A stretch of 64,000 nucleotides of DNA from a virus. Position numbers and translations under genes: made by a program. The stretch lies in IMG/VR virus record IMGVR_UViG_3300047357_000359, positions 1 through 64,000 of that record, one strand, 5' to 3'. Positions 8,705-18,151 of this stretch are shown in pieces. Within the stretch, counting starts at the first letter, position 1, and each line of letters begins with the position of its first letter. The notes beneath the pieces were generated by a model. That model saw nothing but the letters and a program-made list of their open reading frames with translations. It was not told the origin of the DNA and did no database searches.

Positions 8705-9066
8705 GAACCTGTCTGCAATCTTAGTTCGCCTGCAGGTCCTTGTTTGAACCCTTCAATATAAATGTGATGTAAATCTTCTGAACGAACGATTGCTTTATTG
8801 GCCGCAACCCAAACATCACCCCATGTCTTACCTTTGATCTCTACGAGCTCATTGTAAGGTCCAAAGACATCACATTTATGTCTAATGACAGCATTGTCAC
8901 CGAATGGGTGTGGATTGCCAAACTTGATCTCACCATACTCATCATCGTTATAGATCGACCATACTGTTTCTGCACCAAATGTCTTACCGAATGTTGAATG
9001 GTAATCCATCTCAGCGAAAAACTTTTGGTCTTCTGCACTCATTTGAACTGTTTCTTGATTTGACAT
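8701..9066 (-). CDS. Hypothetical protein
   Basis: 121-aa ORF, GGAGG SD, ends HHIYIEGF...L.TGS. Confidence 0.75.
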   Translation of the reverse strand: MSNQETVQMSAEDQKFFAEMDYHSTFGKTFGAETVWSIYNDDEYGEIKFGNPHPFGDNAVIRHKCDVFGPYNELVEIKGKTWGDVWVAANKAIVRSEDLHHIYIEGFKQGPAGELRLQTGS

Positions 9067-9103
9067 ATATTAGCCCTCCAGCTTTTTAATTGTTAATATG
9101 TAT

Positions 9104-9132
9104 ATTATAGAGTCTTTTTAACCGTTTGTCAA
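9104..9132 (-). promoter_or_regulatory. Consensus sigma70 promoter
   Basis: TTGACA-N17-TATAAT. Confidence 0.85.
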
Positions 9133-9135
9133 CCA

Positions 9136-9351
9136 TTAAATTACCGAAACTTGGTGACCATATGACCAATGACCGTTGTCCATATCAAAGACACATCTGT
9201 CTTTATCTTCTACAAAGATCTTATCCATACCAATACCATACTTGCTACCGTCTTTGGTTAGTTCGATCCCTGTCACTTTGGCCTCTCCGTGTCTTGTTCT
9301 TACCTTAGTTCCGATTTTAATAAATGTTCTTTCCATAATTACATACTCCAA
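9136..9351 (-). CDS. Hypothetical protein
   Basis: 71-aa ORF ending DMDNGHWSYG. Confidence 0.65.
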   Translation of the reverse strand: MEYVIMERTFIKIGTKVRTRHGEAKVTGIELTKDGSKYGIGMDKIFVEDKDRCVFDMDNGHWSYGHQVSVI

Positions 9352-9698
9352 TAAGTTTCTGACCGTGGGCTCATATAGCCTGGGGTGTTAATTGGTTCAA
9401 CAAACCATTCCTTGCTCATCAAGTTCTTTGCCTTGCGAGTTGCTTCAATATTCTTGTGGAAGTATTCAACTTCTGCAATACCAAAACGGAACTGTGGATC
9501 ATTCTCCTCTGGTTCCTGTTGAGCATAATCTGGAATGCCTCTGCGAAACATATCAAACCATTTCTTTGACATCTTGGTTTGTGCCGCCTTAGCCGACGCC
9601 ATAGTCTTATAGTATTGTTTATGATCTGGACGGACCAAACCCTCTTTGTCCATCTTGCCCATTATATATGTAGAACTTTTTTCGTAAATATAAAACAT
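9339..9698 (-). CDS. Hypothetical protein
   Basis: 119-aa ORF ending NTP...SP.SETYWSM. Confidence 0.75.
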   Translation of the reverse strand: MFYIYEKSSTYIMGKMDKEGLVRPDHKQYYKTMASAKAAQTKMSKKWFDMFRRGIPDYAQQEPEENDPQFRFGIAEVEYFHKNIEATRKAKNLMSKEWFVEPINTPGYMSPRSETYWSM

Positions 9699-9714
9699 AA
9701 TTTTCCCTCTGTGG

Positions 9715-9770
9715 TTGCCTAATTGCCTAACTGTTATATACAGTATAAGGTCAGAAGGTTAGAAAGTCAA
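9715..9770 (-). promoter_or_regulatory. Early promoter with TTAGGCAA-repeat leader
   Basis: TTGACT-N17-TATACT (9742-9770); 39-bp identity with 4591-4629. Confidence 0.85.
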
Positions 9771-9797
9771 CCGGTTTTGGTAAATTAAATTGAAAGA

Positions 9798-10064
9798 TTA
9801 ATAATGAAGCACGACCCTATCGGGTGAAGTATCATTCCAATCAAATCCTTCTCTTTTGGCCTGTGCCTGGGCTCCCAATACTTCGTTAGGAATGAAAGTG
9901 AAATTCTCACCACATGATATGCAGACATCGCCATGAGTATCACCGTAGTGAGGACTCTCTGTAGTGAGCCATTCTAATCGTTTTGACTCCATTGTAGAGT
10001 GTAGTGACGAACAGCCTGTAGTGACGAGGCCTATTAGTAAAATTAAACTTGCTTTTTTAATCAT
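9798..10064 (-). CDS. Putative lipoprotein with CxxC
   Basis: Signal peptide plus lipobox-like VTTGC; CISC. Confidence 0.65.
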   Translation of the reverse strand: MIKKASLILLIGLVTTGCSSLHSTMESKRLEWLTTESPHYGDTHGDVCISCGENFTFIPNEVLGAQAQAKREGFDWNDTSPDRVVLHY

Positions 10065-10093
10065 ATGTCTTAGGCCTCCATCCGCCTATTTAA

Positions 10094-10321
10094 TTACTGA
10101 GCCTGTTTATTGAATAAAGATTTAATTGAATTCCAAGTTCTACCTAGTTGTTCTTTACTGTCAGCCCAACTTTCTTTTTGGTATGCAATCGTTTTCTCTT
10201 TTTCATTAGTTGCCCAAGTGTTTACCTTGTCAGCGATAGTATCGTGTGCCATAGCCTTAGTCGTTATCACAACCAAAAACACTATACAAGCGATCCATAT
10301 CATTGTAGTTTTTGTTATCAT
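10094..10321 (-). CDS. Small exported/membrane protein (probably leaderless)
   Basis: Promoter TTGACA-N17-TATATT at 10329-10357 lies just upstream of MITKTT. Confidence 0.6.
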   Translation of the reverse strand: MITKTTMIWIACIVFLVVITTKAMAHDTIADKVNTWATNEKEKTIAYQKESWADSKEQLGRTWNSIKSLFNKQAQ

Positions 10322-10453
10322 ACTATATAATATATACTCACTTGCCGTCATTGTCAACTGTTTTGGTTAAATTAAATCGACAGGCAGAGAAAGACTTCTA
10401 GAATACAACCTAAGATAGTTTTGGTAGTTGTGATACGAGAATTGGGCTAGATG

Positions 10454-11065
10454 CTACAGCGGGGCCTTGGGTAATTCTTTGCCCGGATAGAACTCTGTAG
10501 TGGTCTTCCATTTTTCAACAGTAGGTTCTGCTGATGCCACATGGTGTAAATGGATATTGGCCATGTCGTGTTTCTCTAGTTCTTCTAAGACTAGTGAGCT
10601 GTAGACAAATAGGTTAGTGATGTCTTTTGCTGTAGTGATGACTTTATATAGTGAGGTGTTATTAGCACTCGTAGTGAAGGTCTGTATAGCAGTGACGCCA
10701 TCAAACTTACTAAAGTCTTTGCTGTATCTATTACCATGTAACCAAGTAATCTTATCAGGTATGCTGTTACTGTTCATTTTAATATCTTCTGCAACAAGTC
10801 CATGCATACTAACGTCTTTAAAGCCTGCTTCTATTAGTCTATCATATGTTATAGAGCCAATACAATGCACCTTTTGATCTAACAAAGGTTTAATATCGTG
10901 TTGATAGTGCCTAACGCAATCAATATGCGTGACAAGTAATGGTTGTATTGGTGCTACTATTTGGTCTGCTGTAGGTTCTGTTATTAAACATGGAAACCAT
11001 TTACTATTGGCATCTAAACTAGGCTTGTTTAGCTGTGTGTAAACATTCATATAGGTATTTACCAC
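10454..11065 (-). CDS. Divergent uroporphyrinogen-III synthase (HemD)-like protein
   Basis: LITEP, CIG..T...L...GF, WLHG...DF and FVYSS match the HemD pattern; true start may be 11047. Confidence 0.5.
   Translation of the reverse strand: MVNTYMNVYTQLNKPSLDANSKWFPCLITEPTADQIVAPIQPLLVTHIDCVRHYQHDIKPLLDQKVHCIGSITYDRLIEAGFKDVSMHGLVAEDIKMNSNSIPDKITWLHGNRYSKDFSKFDGVTAIQTFTTSANNTSLYKVITTAKDITNLFVYSSLVLEELEKHDMANIHLHHVASAEPTVEKWKTTTEFYPGKELPKAPL
10455..10467 (+). repeat. 13-bp motif TACAGCGGGGCCT, copy 2
   Basis: Exact match to 696-708. Confidence 0.9.
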
Positions 11066-11131
11066 AAATTTGTAATATTATTAGTCATTATGATTGATGC
11101 AGAACAATCAAAATAGGCCCTTTCCAAACCG

Positions 11132-11144
11132 TACAGCGGGGCCT
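11132..11144 (+). repeat. 13-bp motif TACAGCGGGGCCT, copy 3
   Basis: Exact match; immediately followed by ATAATAAATA late-promoter-like motif. Confidence 0.9.
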
Positions 11145-11196
11145 ATAATAAATACTATTACAAGCTGTTGTTCAACAGCACAAGAAGGAGAATCCC

Positions 11197-11421
11197 ATGT
11201 CAAACTTAAGAAACTTAAACATCAACCTAGAGGTTGGTCAACAGATCCTAGTGGGTCAAAACAACGAGCATGCCAAGATAACAAAGATTGAATACTTCGA
11301 CAAGACTGGAGAGATTAGTATTAATACTACTCGAGGTCCACGCAAAGCTCTAACATTTAAGTTATGTGATAACTCTGACAGTCAATCTTATTCTAGGAAC
11401 CCTGCAGACAAATATAGATAA
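11197..11421 (+). CDS. Hypothetical protein
   Basis: 74-aa ORF, AAGGAG SD. Confidence 0.7.
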   Translation: MSNLRNLNINLEVGQQILVGQNNEHAKITKIEYFDKTGEISINTTRGPRKALTFKLCDNSDSQSYSRNPADKYR

Positions 11422-11429
11422 ATATTTGT

Positions 11430-11669
11430 ATGAAGATATACGAAATAGACATTGAAGCTCTTGAAGAAGCGGCGGCAAGTGCAAAACTTTGTAAAAGCAA
11501 TCGTTCAAACGATTCTTTAGGAGCAAGTGCTTTGGCCTCATGTAAGAGTCAAGGTTACCGAAGACGTGAAGGTGGTAAGTCACACAAGATAGGTGATAAC
11601 CGCAAGAAGGTTGGAGGTAAGAAAATTAAAGGGAAAAAATATGGCGGGCCACTACCAGACTGGAGTTAA
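11430..11669 (+). CDS. Small basic late protein
   Basis: MKIYEI...LEE N-terminus, upstream GATAAATA. Confidence 0.65.
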   Translation: MKIYEIDIEALEEAAASAKLCKSNRSNDSLGASALASCKSQGYRRREGGKSHKIGDNRKKVGGKKIKGKKYGGPLPDWS

Positions 11670-11670
11670 G

Positions 11671-12213
11671 ATGGAAGACCTAAAAGGAAAACTTTTAGTT
11701 GCAACACCGGCGTTGGACAATGACGTTGTATTTCACCATAGTGTTGTTTACGTGTACGAGCATAGGAAAGACGGAGAACATGTAGGTGTTATCCTAAACA
11801 AACCTAGCGAGTTTCGTTGCACAAGCCTTGGAGCCCTTAAAGGAGTTGACTTTGCTCCTGCATTAGAAGATCAAGTTATCCACAAAGGTGGACCTGTTTC
11901 GGATACTTCAATTTTATTACTACACACAAGTGAGTGGACCAGTACAAACACTATGACTGCAACAGAGGAAGTATGCATGACTAGTGATGCTTTAATGCTA
12001 GAAAAATTAGCAATGGGCAACGAGCCTAAGGGCTGGAGAATGTTTGCTGGTATGAGCGTATGGCAACGTGGGCAGTTAGAAGATGAGATCGCAAAAGGCG
12101 GTTGGTTAGTTGCAGAGCCTAGCAATCATAGTATATTTGATTATGCTACTGAAGAACAATATGTTAAGGCAATTGATCTAGCGGCAAGTAAGACATTCTC
12201 TAACTACCTGTAG
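11671..12213 (+). CDS. YqgE/AlgH (DUF179) family protein
   Basis: GKLLVATP...F..SVVY..EH...GVILNKP, GGPV and G.S.W..GQLEDEI..G.W motifs. Confidence 0.9.
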   Translation: MEDLKGKLLVATPALDNDVVFHHSVVYVYEHRKDGEHVGVILNKPSEFRCTSLGALKGVDFAPALEDQVIHKGGPVSDTSILLLHTSEWTSTNTMTATEEVCMTSDALMLEKLAMGNEPKGWRMFAGMSVWQRGQLEDEIAKGGWLVAEPSNHSIFDYATEEQYVKAIDLAASKTFSNYL

Positions 12214-12226
12214 GAAGGACTAAGCT

Positions 12227-12628
12227 ATGAAGAAGTTATTAAAAACATTTTCCACACTCGTCATTGCTTGTCTATTGTCTGGTGCGATGCTTACTCAATT
12301 GACTGCACAGGAACAAGACCAGCAACCACAAGACCCAAATCAATACAAAATGCCAGGTATGATGAAACTACCTACATTTATAGACTGTGGACCATACGAT
12401 GCTATACTAGGAATAGTACAAGGACAGTACGGTGAACAACCATTTGCAATATTTGAGTCATTCATTCAAATACCTAATGGGCAGATTATTACAGGGCCAT
12501 CAGCACTATATGTTAATCAGCAAACAGGTACTTGGTCAGTTGTAGTTGAAATACAATCCGCAGGATTATGTATTGTTCAAATGGGTAAGAACTTTGGCCC
12601 TGCTAAAGCACCCGGCGTATCATTATAA
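12227..12628 (+). CDS. Secreted hypothetical protein
   Basis: Signal peptide; C...GEQP...N..TGTWS...C pattern. Confidence 0.7.
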   Translation: MKKLLKTFSTLVIACLLSGAMLTQLTAQEQDQQPQDPNQYKMPGMMKLPTFIDCGPYDAILGIVQGQYGEQPFAIFESFIQIPNGQIITGPSALYVNQQTGTWSVVVEIQSAGLCIVQMGKNFGPAKAPGVSL

Positions 12629-12701
12629 GCTAATATAATAAATACTCTTGTAGTAGAAATGTTGTTTAAATGCAACAATGCTACACATGGAAGGGTCTCT
12701 T

Positions 12702-12845
12702 ATGAGATTGCACAAGAGTTACGTGGAACATGAAACTCAGCCAAAGAAAACAAGTATAGGGAATAACCATTCAAGAACAAAGTTTTCTTCGATGAATAAA
12801 AGTAAGAAGCGTAGTTATAAAAAATATAGAGGACAAGGAAAATAA
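12702..12845 (+). CDS. Small basic protein ending KKYRGQGK (not in ORF track)
   Basis: 47 aa; KKTS.G...MNK..KRS.KKYRGQG resembles a small protein of T4-like phages. Confidence 0.65.
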   Translation: MRLHKSYVEHETQPKKTSIGNNHSRTKFSSMNKSKKRSYKKYRGQGK

Positions 12846-12849
12846 GAAC

Positions 12850-13290
12850 ATGTACACTTATAGAGCAGAGATAGTAAGAGTAGTAGACGGTGATACAGTT
12901 GATATTAATATTGACTTAGGGTTTGGCGTTTGGTTGAACGATGAACGTGTTAGACTTGCAGGCGTTGATACTCCAGAGTCTCGTACAAGTGATAAGGTTG
13001 AAAAGTTATTTGGTAAAGCCGCAGGTAGGTATGTTGAAGAACGTTTACCTGTTGGAAGTATGCAAGTACTTGTTACTAAGAAGTATGATAGTAAAGGTAA
13101 GTTTGGACGTATACTAGGTGACTTTGCACTAGGAGAATCAAGTATCTGTAAACAGTTAATTGAGTCTGGTAATGCAGTTCCTTACAATGCACAAAACAAA
13201 GCTATGGTGCAAGAACAGCACATGGCTAATAGACAACGTCTTATCAATGAGGGTGTTGTTACACAAGATCAAATCAACGAAGTTAGTTGA
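12850..13290 (+). CDS. Thermonuclease (SNase-like)
   Basis: RVVDGDT, RVRLAGVDTPE, GKFGRILG. Confidence 0.9.
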   Translation: MYTYRAEIVRVVDGDTVDINIDLGFGVWLNDERVRLAGVDTPESRTSDKVEKLFGKAAGRYVEERLPVGSMQVLVTKKYDSKGKFGRILGDFALGESSICKQLIESGNAVPYNAQNKAMVQEQHMANRQRLINEGVVTQDQINEVS

Positions 13291-13340
13291 AAAGAAATGT
13301 ATAACTCCAGCCGTTATAGTTAAGCTGGAGTTATATTATT

Positions 13341-13811
13341 TTATTTAGATGTAGCCATATTACTCAAAGGATTTTCTAAAGCAAGTTTAATTTGCTTTTC
13401 AATCTTTTCCTCTAAGGCTCTCATATCTTCTTTGATAGATTTAACAGCATCATTAATATCTCTATTAAGTTCACGACTGTCTTCTTTAACTTTAGACTCT
13501 GTATCTTCTACAATAGTTTCAATGCGTCTAACATCTCCACGTAAGTCATTCTTTAGTTCTTTAGCTACTCCTGATACAAGTTCTACTTCTGCTAGTACCA
13601 TGTCTAATTCACTTTGAATAACTTCTAGTCTTTTATCAAATCCACTAAGATCAGGTGCCACGTAAGCATCTATCTTCTTTTCCATCATAAGGTATCTGTT
13701 GTAGAGTTCAAAGCCTCCCCAAAGTCCACCTATAATAGTACCAACTAAAGGCAAAACAAGTAACAATTTACTTCCGCCTATTTTGATACCTTTGTATTCT
13801 ACTTCTGCCAT
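13341..13811 (-). CDS. Membrane-anchored coiled-coil protein
   Basis: N-terminal TM helix followed by a heptad-rich region. Confidence 0.75.
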   Translation of the reverse strand: MAEVEYKGIKIGGSKLLLVLPLVGTIIGGLWGGFELYNRYLMMEKKIDAYVAPDLSGFDKRLEVIQSELDMVLAEVELVSGVAKELKNDLRGDVRRIETIVEDTESKVKEDSRELNRDINDAVKSIKEDMRALEEKIEKQIKLALENPLSNMATSK

Positions 13812-13821
13812 TTAGTATCTC

Positions 13822-15924
13822 CTATTGTTGTGTTTCGTATTGTTGCATGATCATCTCGTCCATGATTTTATCTTGCGCCATATCATACAGTATGCCTGCT
13901 GGGTCTAATAGCTGTGGCATGTCCGCATAAATCTGTTCGCTTGTATACCAATCTAATGGTAAAGCGTTTTGTTTGTCTAAGTATGCCTTAAAGTTTTCTT
14001 GATCTGTTAAACTAGACATTAGTGCTATCTTAGTAGCTTCGTTTATAGCACTATAAGTATCTGCCATTGCGGCTAAGATTCTAGTTGCAATCTTTTGTTT
14101 AGCCTTATCTACTGCCTCTTTGATGCGTTTTGCTTTTTGTTCTTTAGACTCAGTTCGTTTGGAAGCATTTCCTTTTTTAGCATCTCCGGATTTTCCTTTA
14201 TCGTCGGCTTTGGATTCGGTTTTTGCTTCTTTGGTATCTCCTCCAGCATCAGACTCTCCACTATCTGACCCTTCACTTTCCTCTCCACTTTTATCCACTG
14301 ACTGTTCCACATCACTACTGGACTCTTGGTCGGTCTCAGTTGTGTTCTCATCCGTCTCGGTTTCGGTTGATTCGCTTCCCTCACTTGTTTCCTCAGTTGA
14401 TGTTTCCGTTTCTGCCGTAGTAGACTCTTCGCTACTTGCTTCACTTGTATTTACTTCTACTTCAGTAGTAGGTTCAGTTGTTTCTGTTGTAGTTGTTTCT
14501 ACTTCAGCTGGTGCTGTCTCTACTTCTGCTACTGTAGTCTCTGGCATGTCTAATTCTGGTAGTTCTATTTCAGCTATAGCATCTGCAACAGCAACGTCAA
14601 CTTGAGCACCAACATCTGCTTCAATTGATTCTACACTAGGCATATCAACAGTTGTACTGCCAGAGTCAAAGCTATCAAGACTTGCTACTAGTGTTACTTC
14701 TGCTATTTGTTCTACTTGTACAACACCTGTTTCTAAGTTTGTTGAACTCATTTCTACAGTTGCTACATTGGCTGTTTCGTCTACTTCAACTGTAAATTCT
14801 AATTCAACGCCACCGCCATTACTGTCTACTATTTCTATTTCAAATGACTCTACTTCTGCGTAGTTAATAGGTTCAATAACAGTATCAGCTACAGGATCGC
14901 CTATGTAAACACTTGTGAGTATTGACTCTTCTGAATTAAAAACTGTTTCTTGATTGCTTAAAATTATGTTTGTGATTGTTTCAGTGACTGACGTAATAGC
15001 ATCATACGTTAATTTTATATAAGGATCAGAGAATATTGGTCCAAACATCTGTTGATGGTATCCTGCGTCAACTCCCCATAGATTCATCTTAGCCCAAACT
15101 GATTCGTATTGGTTCTGTGGTATTGTATAGTTATAAGCGTAGGTTTGTGTTCCTGAATAAGTTAAAGTTTCGCGGTGGGTTAATGAAGCAACTCGAGTTC
15201 CGCCTTGTCCGCCAGGTGCTCCTGAGAACATGTAAATAGATACTTTAATTAGATCTTTACAGTCTCCACTAGTACTAGAACAAACCGGCACAGTTGCGTT
15301 TGATTTGTGTGACTCAACAGTAACACCATAATTTACATCAAAGCCTGCTTGTATCTCAGCTTCTGTCAACAGTTGGGTTATCTCAACATACTCAGAGCCA
15401 ACTTGTCCACCACCTAGTGAATTAGATCCATTAGGTTGCCAATTGATATCAGAGCTGGCATTTGAATTTGGAACATTTGCTTGTGGACCCATGCAGGCTT
15501 CACCTGTTTGTAATGTTCCACTATAGCTACAAGTACCACTGCCAACACTAACAGTACCTTGTGTACTCCAACCATTACTTGTGTCGATGGCTCCTAATTG
15601 ATTAGCTGTGGTTGTTTCTACAGCAGTTGTAGTTGTAACTGTTTGTTGTTCTGATGTTGATATTTGTTCTATTACAGTTTCAGTGAATAGTGTAGTTGTA
15701 GTTGTTTCTTCGAAGCCACCATTTAGACCAACTTCAGTGCCTGTAACAACAGATGTTACATCAACAGATGTTACAGTACCACCATTAGGTCCTGTGTCAC
15801 CTACATTATACTGTTGGTCGTATGCTAAACTAGAGTAAGAATAACAACATAGCAAGACTACCAAGGCCCACGCCCCAAGTCGTTGCTTTGTTCTTCCATT
15901 CTTTTTCGTATGCTTCAAGATCAT
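13822..15924 (-). CDS. Large secreted acidic Thr/Glu-rich protein
   Basis: 700 aa, signal-like N-terminus, beta-rich domain, long acidic linker. Confidence 0.75.
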   Translation of the reverse strand: MILKHTKKNGRTKQRLGAWALVVLLCCYSYSSLAYDQQYNVGDTGPNGGTVTSVDVTSVVTGTEVGLNGGFEETTTTTLFTETVIEQISTSEQQTVTTTTAVETTTANQLGAIDTSNGWSTQGTVSVGSGTCSYSGTLQTGEACMGPQANVPNSNASSDINWQPNGSNSLGGGQVGSEYVEITQLLTEAEIQAGFDVNYGVTVESHKSNATVPVCSSTSGDCKDLIKVSIYMFSGAPGGQGGTRVASLTHRETLTYSGTQTYAYNYTIPQNQYESVWAKMNLWGVDAGYHQQMFGPIFSDPYIKLTYDAITSVTETITNIILSNQETVFNSEESILTSVYIGDPVADTVIEPINYAEVESFEIEIVDSNGGGVELEFTVEVDETANVATVEMSSTNLETGVVQVEQIAEVTLVASLDSFDSGSTTVDMPSVESIEADVGAQVDVAVADAIAEIELPELDMPETTVAEVETAPAEVETTTTETTEPTTEVEVNTSEASSEESTTAETETSTEETSEGSESTETETDENTTETDQESSSDVEQSVDKSGEESEGSDSGESDAGGDTKEAKTESKADDKGKSGDAKKGNASKRTESKEQKAKRIKEAVDKAKQKIATRILAAMADTYSAINEATKIALMSSLTDQENFKAYLDKQNALPLDWYTSEQIYADMPQLLDPAGILYDMAQDKIMDEMIMQQYETQQ

Positions 15925-16390
15925 TTTCCTTTAACCATTTCTCGTAATCGGGACGTTTCTCTGGATTCTCAGCCCATGCTTTCGCGGCTTCAATACCAAT
16001 CTTCCCTTTGTACGGGCAAGGTGTTCCTGCCATCTCCATAGCGTTAAAGACTCTTGCATCTTGACATAATAAACTTACTGCCGCGACCTTCATACCCATA
16101 CCATAAAGTGATCTAGATAGTTTTAGTCTTTCACAGTTTAAATCTCTGATTGTAGTACCACCGGCAATACCAAACACCTGTGTTTGTACTGCGGCACTAG
16201 TTCCTGTAGAACATACGTCTTGATTATTAATCATCACGTTAGGAGCACTTGCTGTAGGCGGTGTTTTATCAACTGTAGTTGTACCAGTAACTGTTGATGT
16301 TACTGTATTAGTCTCAGCACTAACTGTCGTAGCTAGTGAAACAAACAAGCCAATCATCATGGCAGTTGTCAGTGTTACAATCTTATTCAT
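15830..16390 (-). CDS. Exported Cys-containing protein with C-terminal TM
   Basis: Signal peptide; PPTASAP...DVC...NCERLKL...AGTPCP. Confidence 0.75.
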   Translation of the reverse strand: MNKIVTLTTAMMIGLFVSLATTVSAETNTVTSTVTGTTTVDKTPPTASAPNVMINNQDVCSTGTSAAVQTQVFGIAGGTTIRDLNCERLKLSRSLYGMGMKVAAVSLLCQDARVFNAMEMAGTPCPYKGKIGIEAAKAWAENPEKRPDYEKWLKENDLEAYEKEWKNKATTWGVGLGSLAMLLFLL

Positions 16391-16437
16391 AAATTTAAAA
16401 ACCCTATATTAGTAGCCCATACATATTTATCATTTAG

Positions 16438-16455
16438 GTGTAAATATATTTACAC
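16438..16455. promoter_or_regulatory. Perfect 18-bp palindrome GTGTAAATATATTTACAC (candidate operator), copy 1
   Basis: Identical at 25822-25839; lies between divergent genes. Confidence 0.7.
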
Positions 16456-16518
16456 TTCAGCATTAAACACTAGGGTTTATCCAAGAATAAATACACTTAC
16501 AGCCAGAGGATTAGTGAT

Positions 16519-16785
16519 ATGGAACAAACTTATAAGGAAATTAAACAATATACACCACAACAAGAACAAGATATGCTTTGGAGTATGTTTGATGATCTTT
16601 GGCCGGAACATGAGATTGAAGTAGAGCGAACTCTATCAGCAGAATTAGCAGATGTAGAACGTAAAGCAATAGTGTTAGCCTTAGAAACTAACTGCGGAAA
16701 TCAATCAAAAGCGGCAAGACAATTAGGAATGGGACGTACTTTATTAATACATAAGATTAAAAAATACGAATTAAATTCTATCTAA
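16519..16785 (+). CDS. Fis-type (HTH_8) DNA-binding protein
   Basis: L..VER..I..AL....GNQSKAARQLGMGR..L..KIKKY. Confidence 0.85.
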   Translation: MEQTYKEIKQYTPQQEQDMLWSMFDDLWPEHEIEVERTLSAELADVERKAIVLALETNCGNQSKAARQLGMGRTLLIHKIKKYELNSI

Positions 16786-16867
16786 ATTGAACCCCAACCG
16801 GGTTTACAAAACTAAATAATTGTGTTACATTAGTGACACTACACACATACACACAAAGGAGAACATA

Positions 16868-17167
16868 ATGAGCGTAGATACAAAATACGGTGAAGCCATC
16901 TTTAAACAGACCCAAGAGGTTGCAGAAATGTTTAAATCGGCAATGCCAAAAATTACAACAAACAAGAACGGTTACGAAATTCGAGCTGAAGTATTAAAAC
17001 TTGCTAGTGTTTCAGTCTGGAAGGACTATTATGCTAAGTGGGACGGATATACTTTTTCTAAGGAAGGTGACACAGTTAAAGTTCAAATTGATGCACCTGT
17101 AGTACCTGGTACTGAAGAAGTCTTAGAAGCGGCTGAGAAGTTCTATGCTTTCATAAATCAAAAGTGA
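16868..17167 (+). CDS. Conserved phage protein (YEIR motif) with CA-rich leader
   Basis: Start MSVDTK after AAGGAG; NGYEIR..VL..A...P..EEVLEAAEKFYAF. Confidence 0.7.
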   Translation: MSVDTKYGEAIFKQTQEVAEMFKSAMPKITTNKNGYEIRAEVLKLASVSVWKDYYAKWDGYTFSKEGDTVKVQIDAPVVPGTEEVLEAAEKFYAFINQK

Positions 17168-17321
17168 AAGTAGTATAAGCCGAATTATAAGTAGGATATA
17201 CAAAATGGTAGTGCATAGCACGGTACAAAACATATAGAGAGTAGCGAGGTCCTGTTAACACAAACGCATAGAGATTCATTGTTTACATGTCAACATGCAG
17301 TTAACAGGACTAAACCCTATT

Positions 17322-18122
17322 ATGAATGAATTAACACAAAAAGAATTAGATGAAGTATTTGCAAGGCTTGGCGCACAAGCTGAAGATAATATACGAGAAT
17401 CTAAAGTTAAGCCAATGAACCCTGTGCTTAACTTATCACACCCAGACTTCTTTGAACAGTATGTAAAGAACATAGACTGGAAGCCCTTACAGAATCACGG
17501 CCTAGAACAATTACACAATAAATTTAATTTAGAAACTATTGATCAAGACTGGCCAGGACAAATCAATGCGTACTTGGATTTGTTAACAGACATTAATTTA
17601 GATGGAGCCAAGATACTTGATGTTGGTTGTGGATGGGGTCGCGGAATTGATGTCCTTAGAAGATATTATAACATAAAGGTTCACGGCATAGACAATAACA
17701 AAGAGTTTATAGAGTATGCTAGAACTAATTACCCTAACAACATTTACTTTACTAGTGGTAATACAGAGTTGAAAGACTATAACGTGCTATTGTTTTTAGA
17801 TAGTATGCATGTGATGTTTGAGCAAAAACTGTTTCATAGTGTTGCTCCGGATACACTATTAGTTGTATCAGACTTCTTTACAACAGACACATACGAGCAA
17901 TTTAAGAACATGATTGAGATTGAAAAGTTTACTTGTTTGCTCGAAAAAGACCAAACAGAAGAAGTAATGAAAGCTATGACTAGAGACATAGACACACTTA
18001 AAACAAGGTTTAATAGCATAGAGCCACATATCGTTAATACATTTAAGCATATACAACTCAACCAATTACACCAGTTTGAGATAGGTCATACCAAACAATA
18101 CAAGTTCGTTATCCAGACTTAG
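17322..18122 (+). CDS. Class I SAM-dependent methyltransferase
   Basis: ILDVGCGWG and VHGID motifs; start uncertain (17295 or 17322). Confidence 0.8.
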   Translation: MNELTQKELDEVFARLGAQAEDNIRESKVKPMNPVLNLSHPDFFEQYVKNIDWKPLQNHGLEQLHNKFNLETIDQDWPGQINAYLDLLTDINLDGAKILDVGCGWGRGIDVLRRYYNIKVHGIDNNKEFIEYARTNYPNNIYFTSGNTELKDYNVLLFLDSMHVMFEQKLFHSVAPDTLLVVSDFFTTDTYEQFKNMIEIEKFTCLLEKDQTEEVMKAMTRDIDTLKTRFNSIEPHIVNTFKHIQLNQLHQFEIGHTKQYKFVIQT

Positions 18123-18151
18123 TATAAAATACGCACATAAATAGCTGTGCA

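Noticed and set aside
14109-14605. Overlapping alternative-frame and antisense ORFs in the track (for example 14109-14444, 14120-14605, 24326-24769, 48006-48518, 49853-50371)
   Set aside because: They are shadows of real genes on the other strand or frame, with biased composition, no SD and no recognisable motifs.
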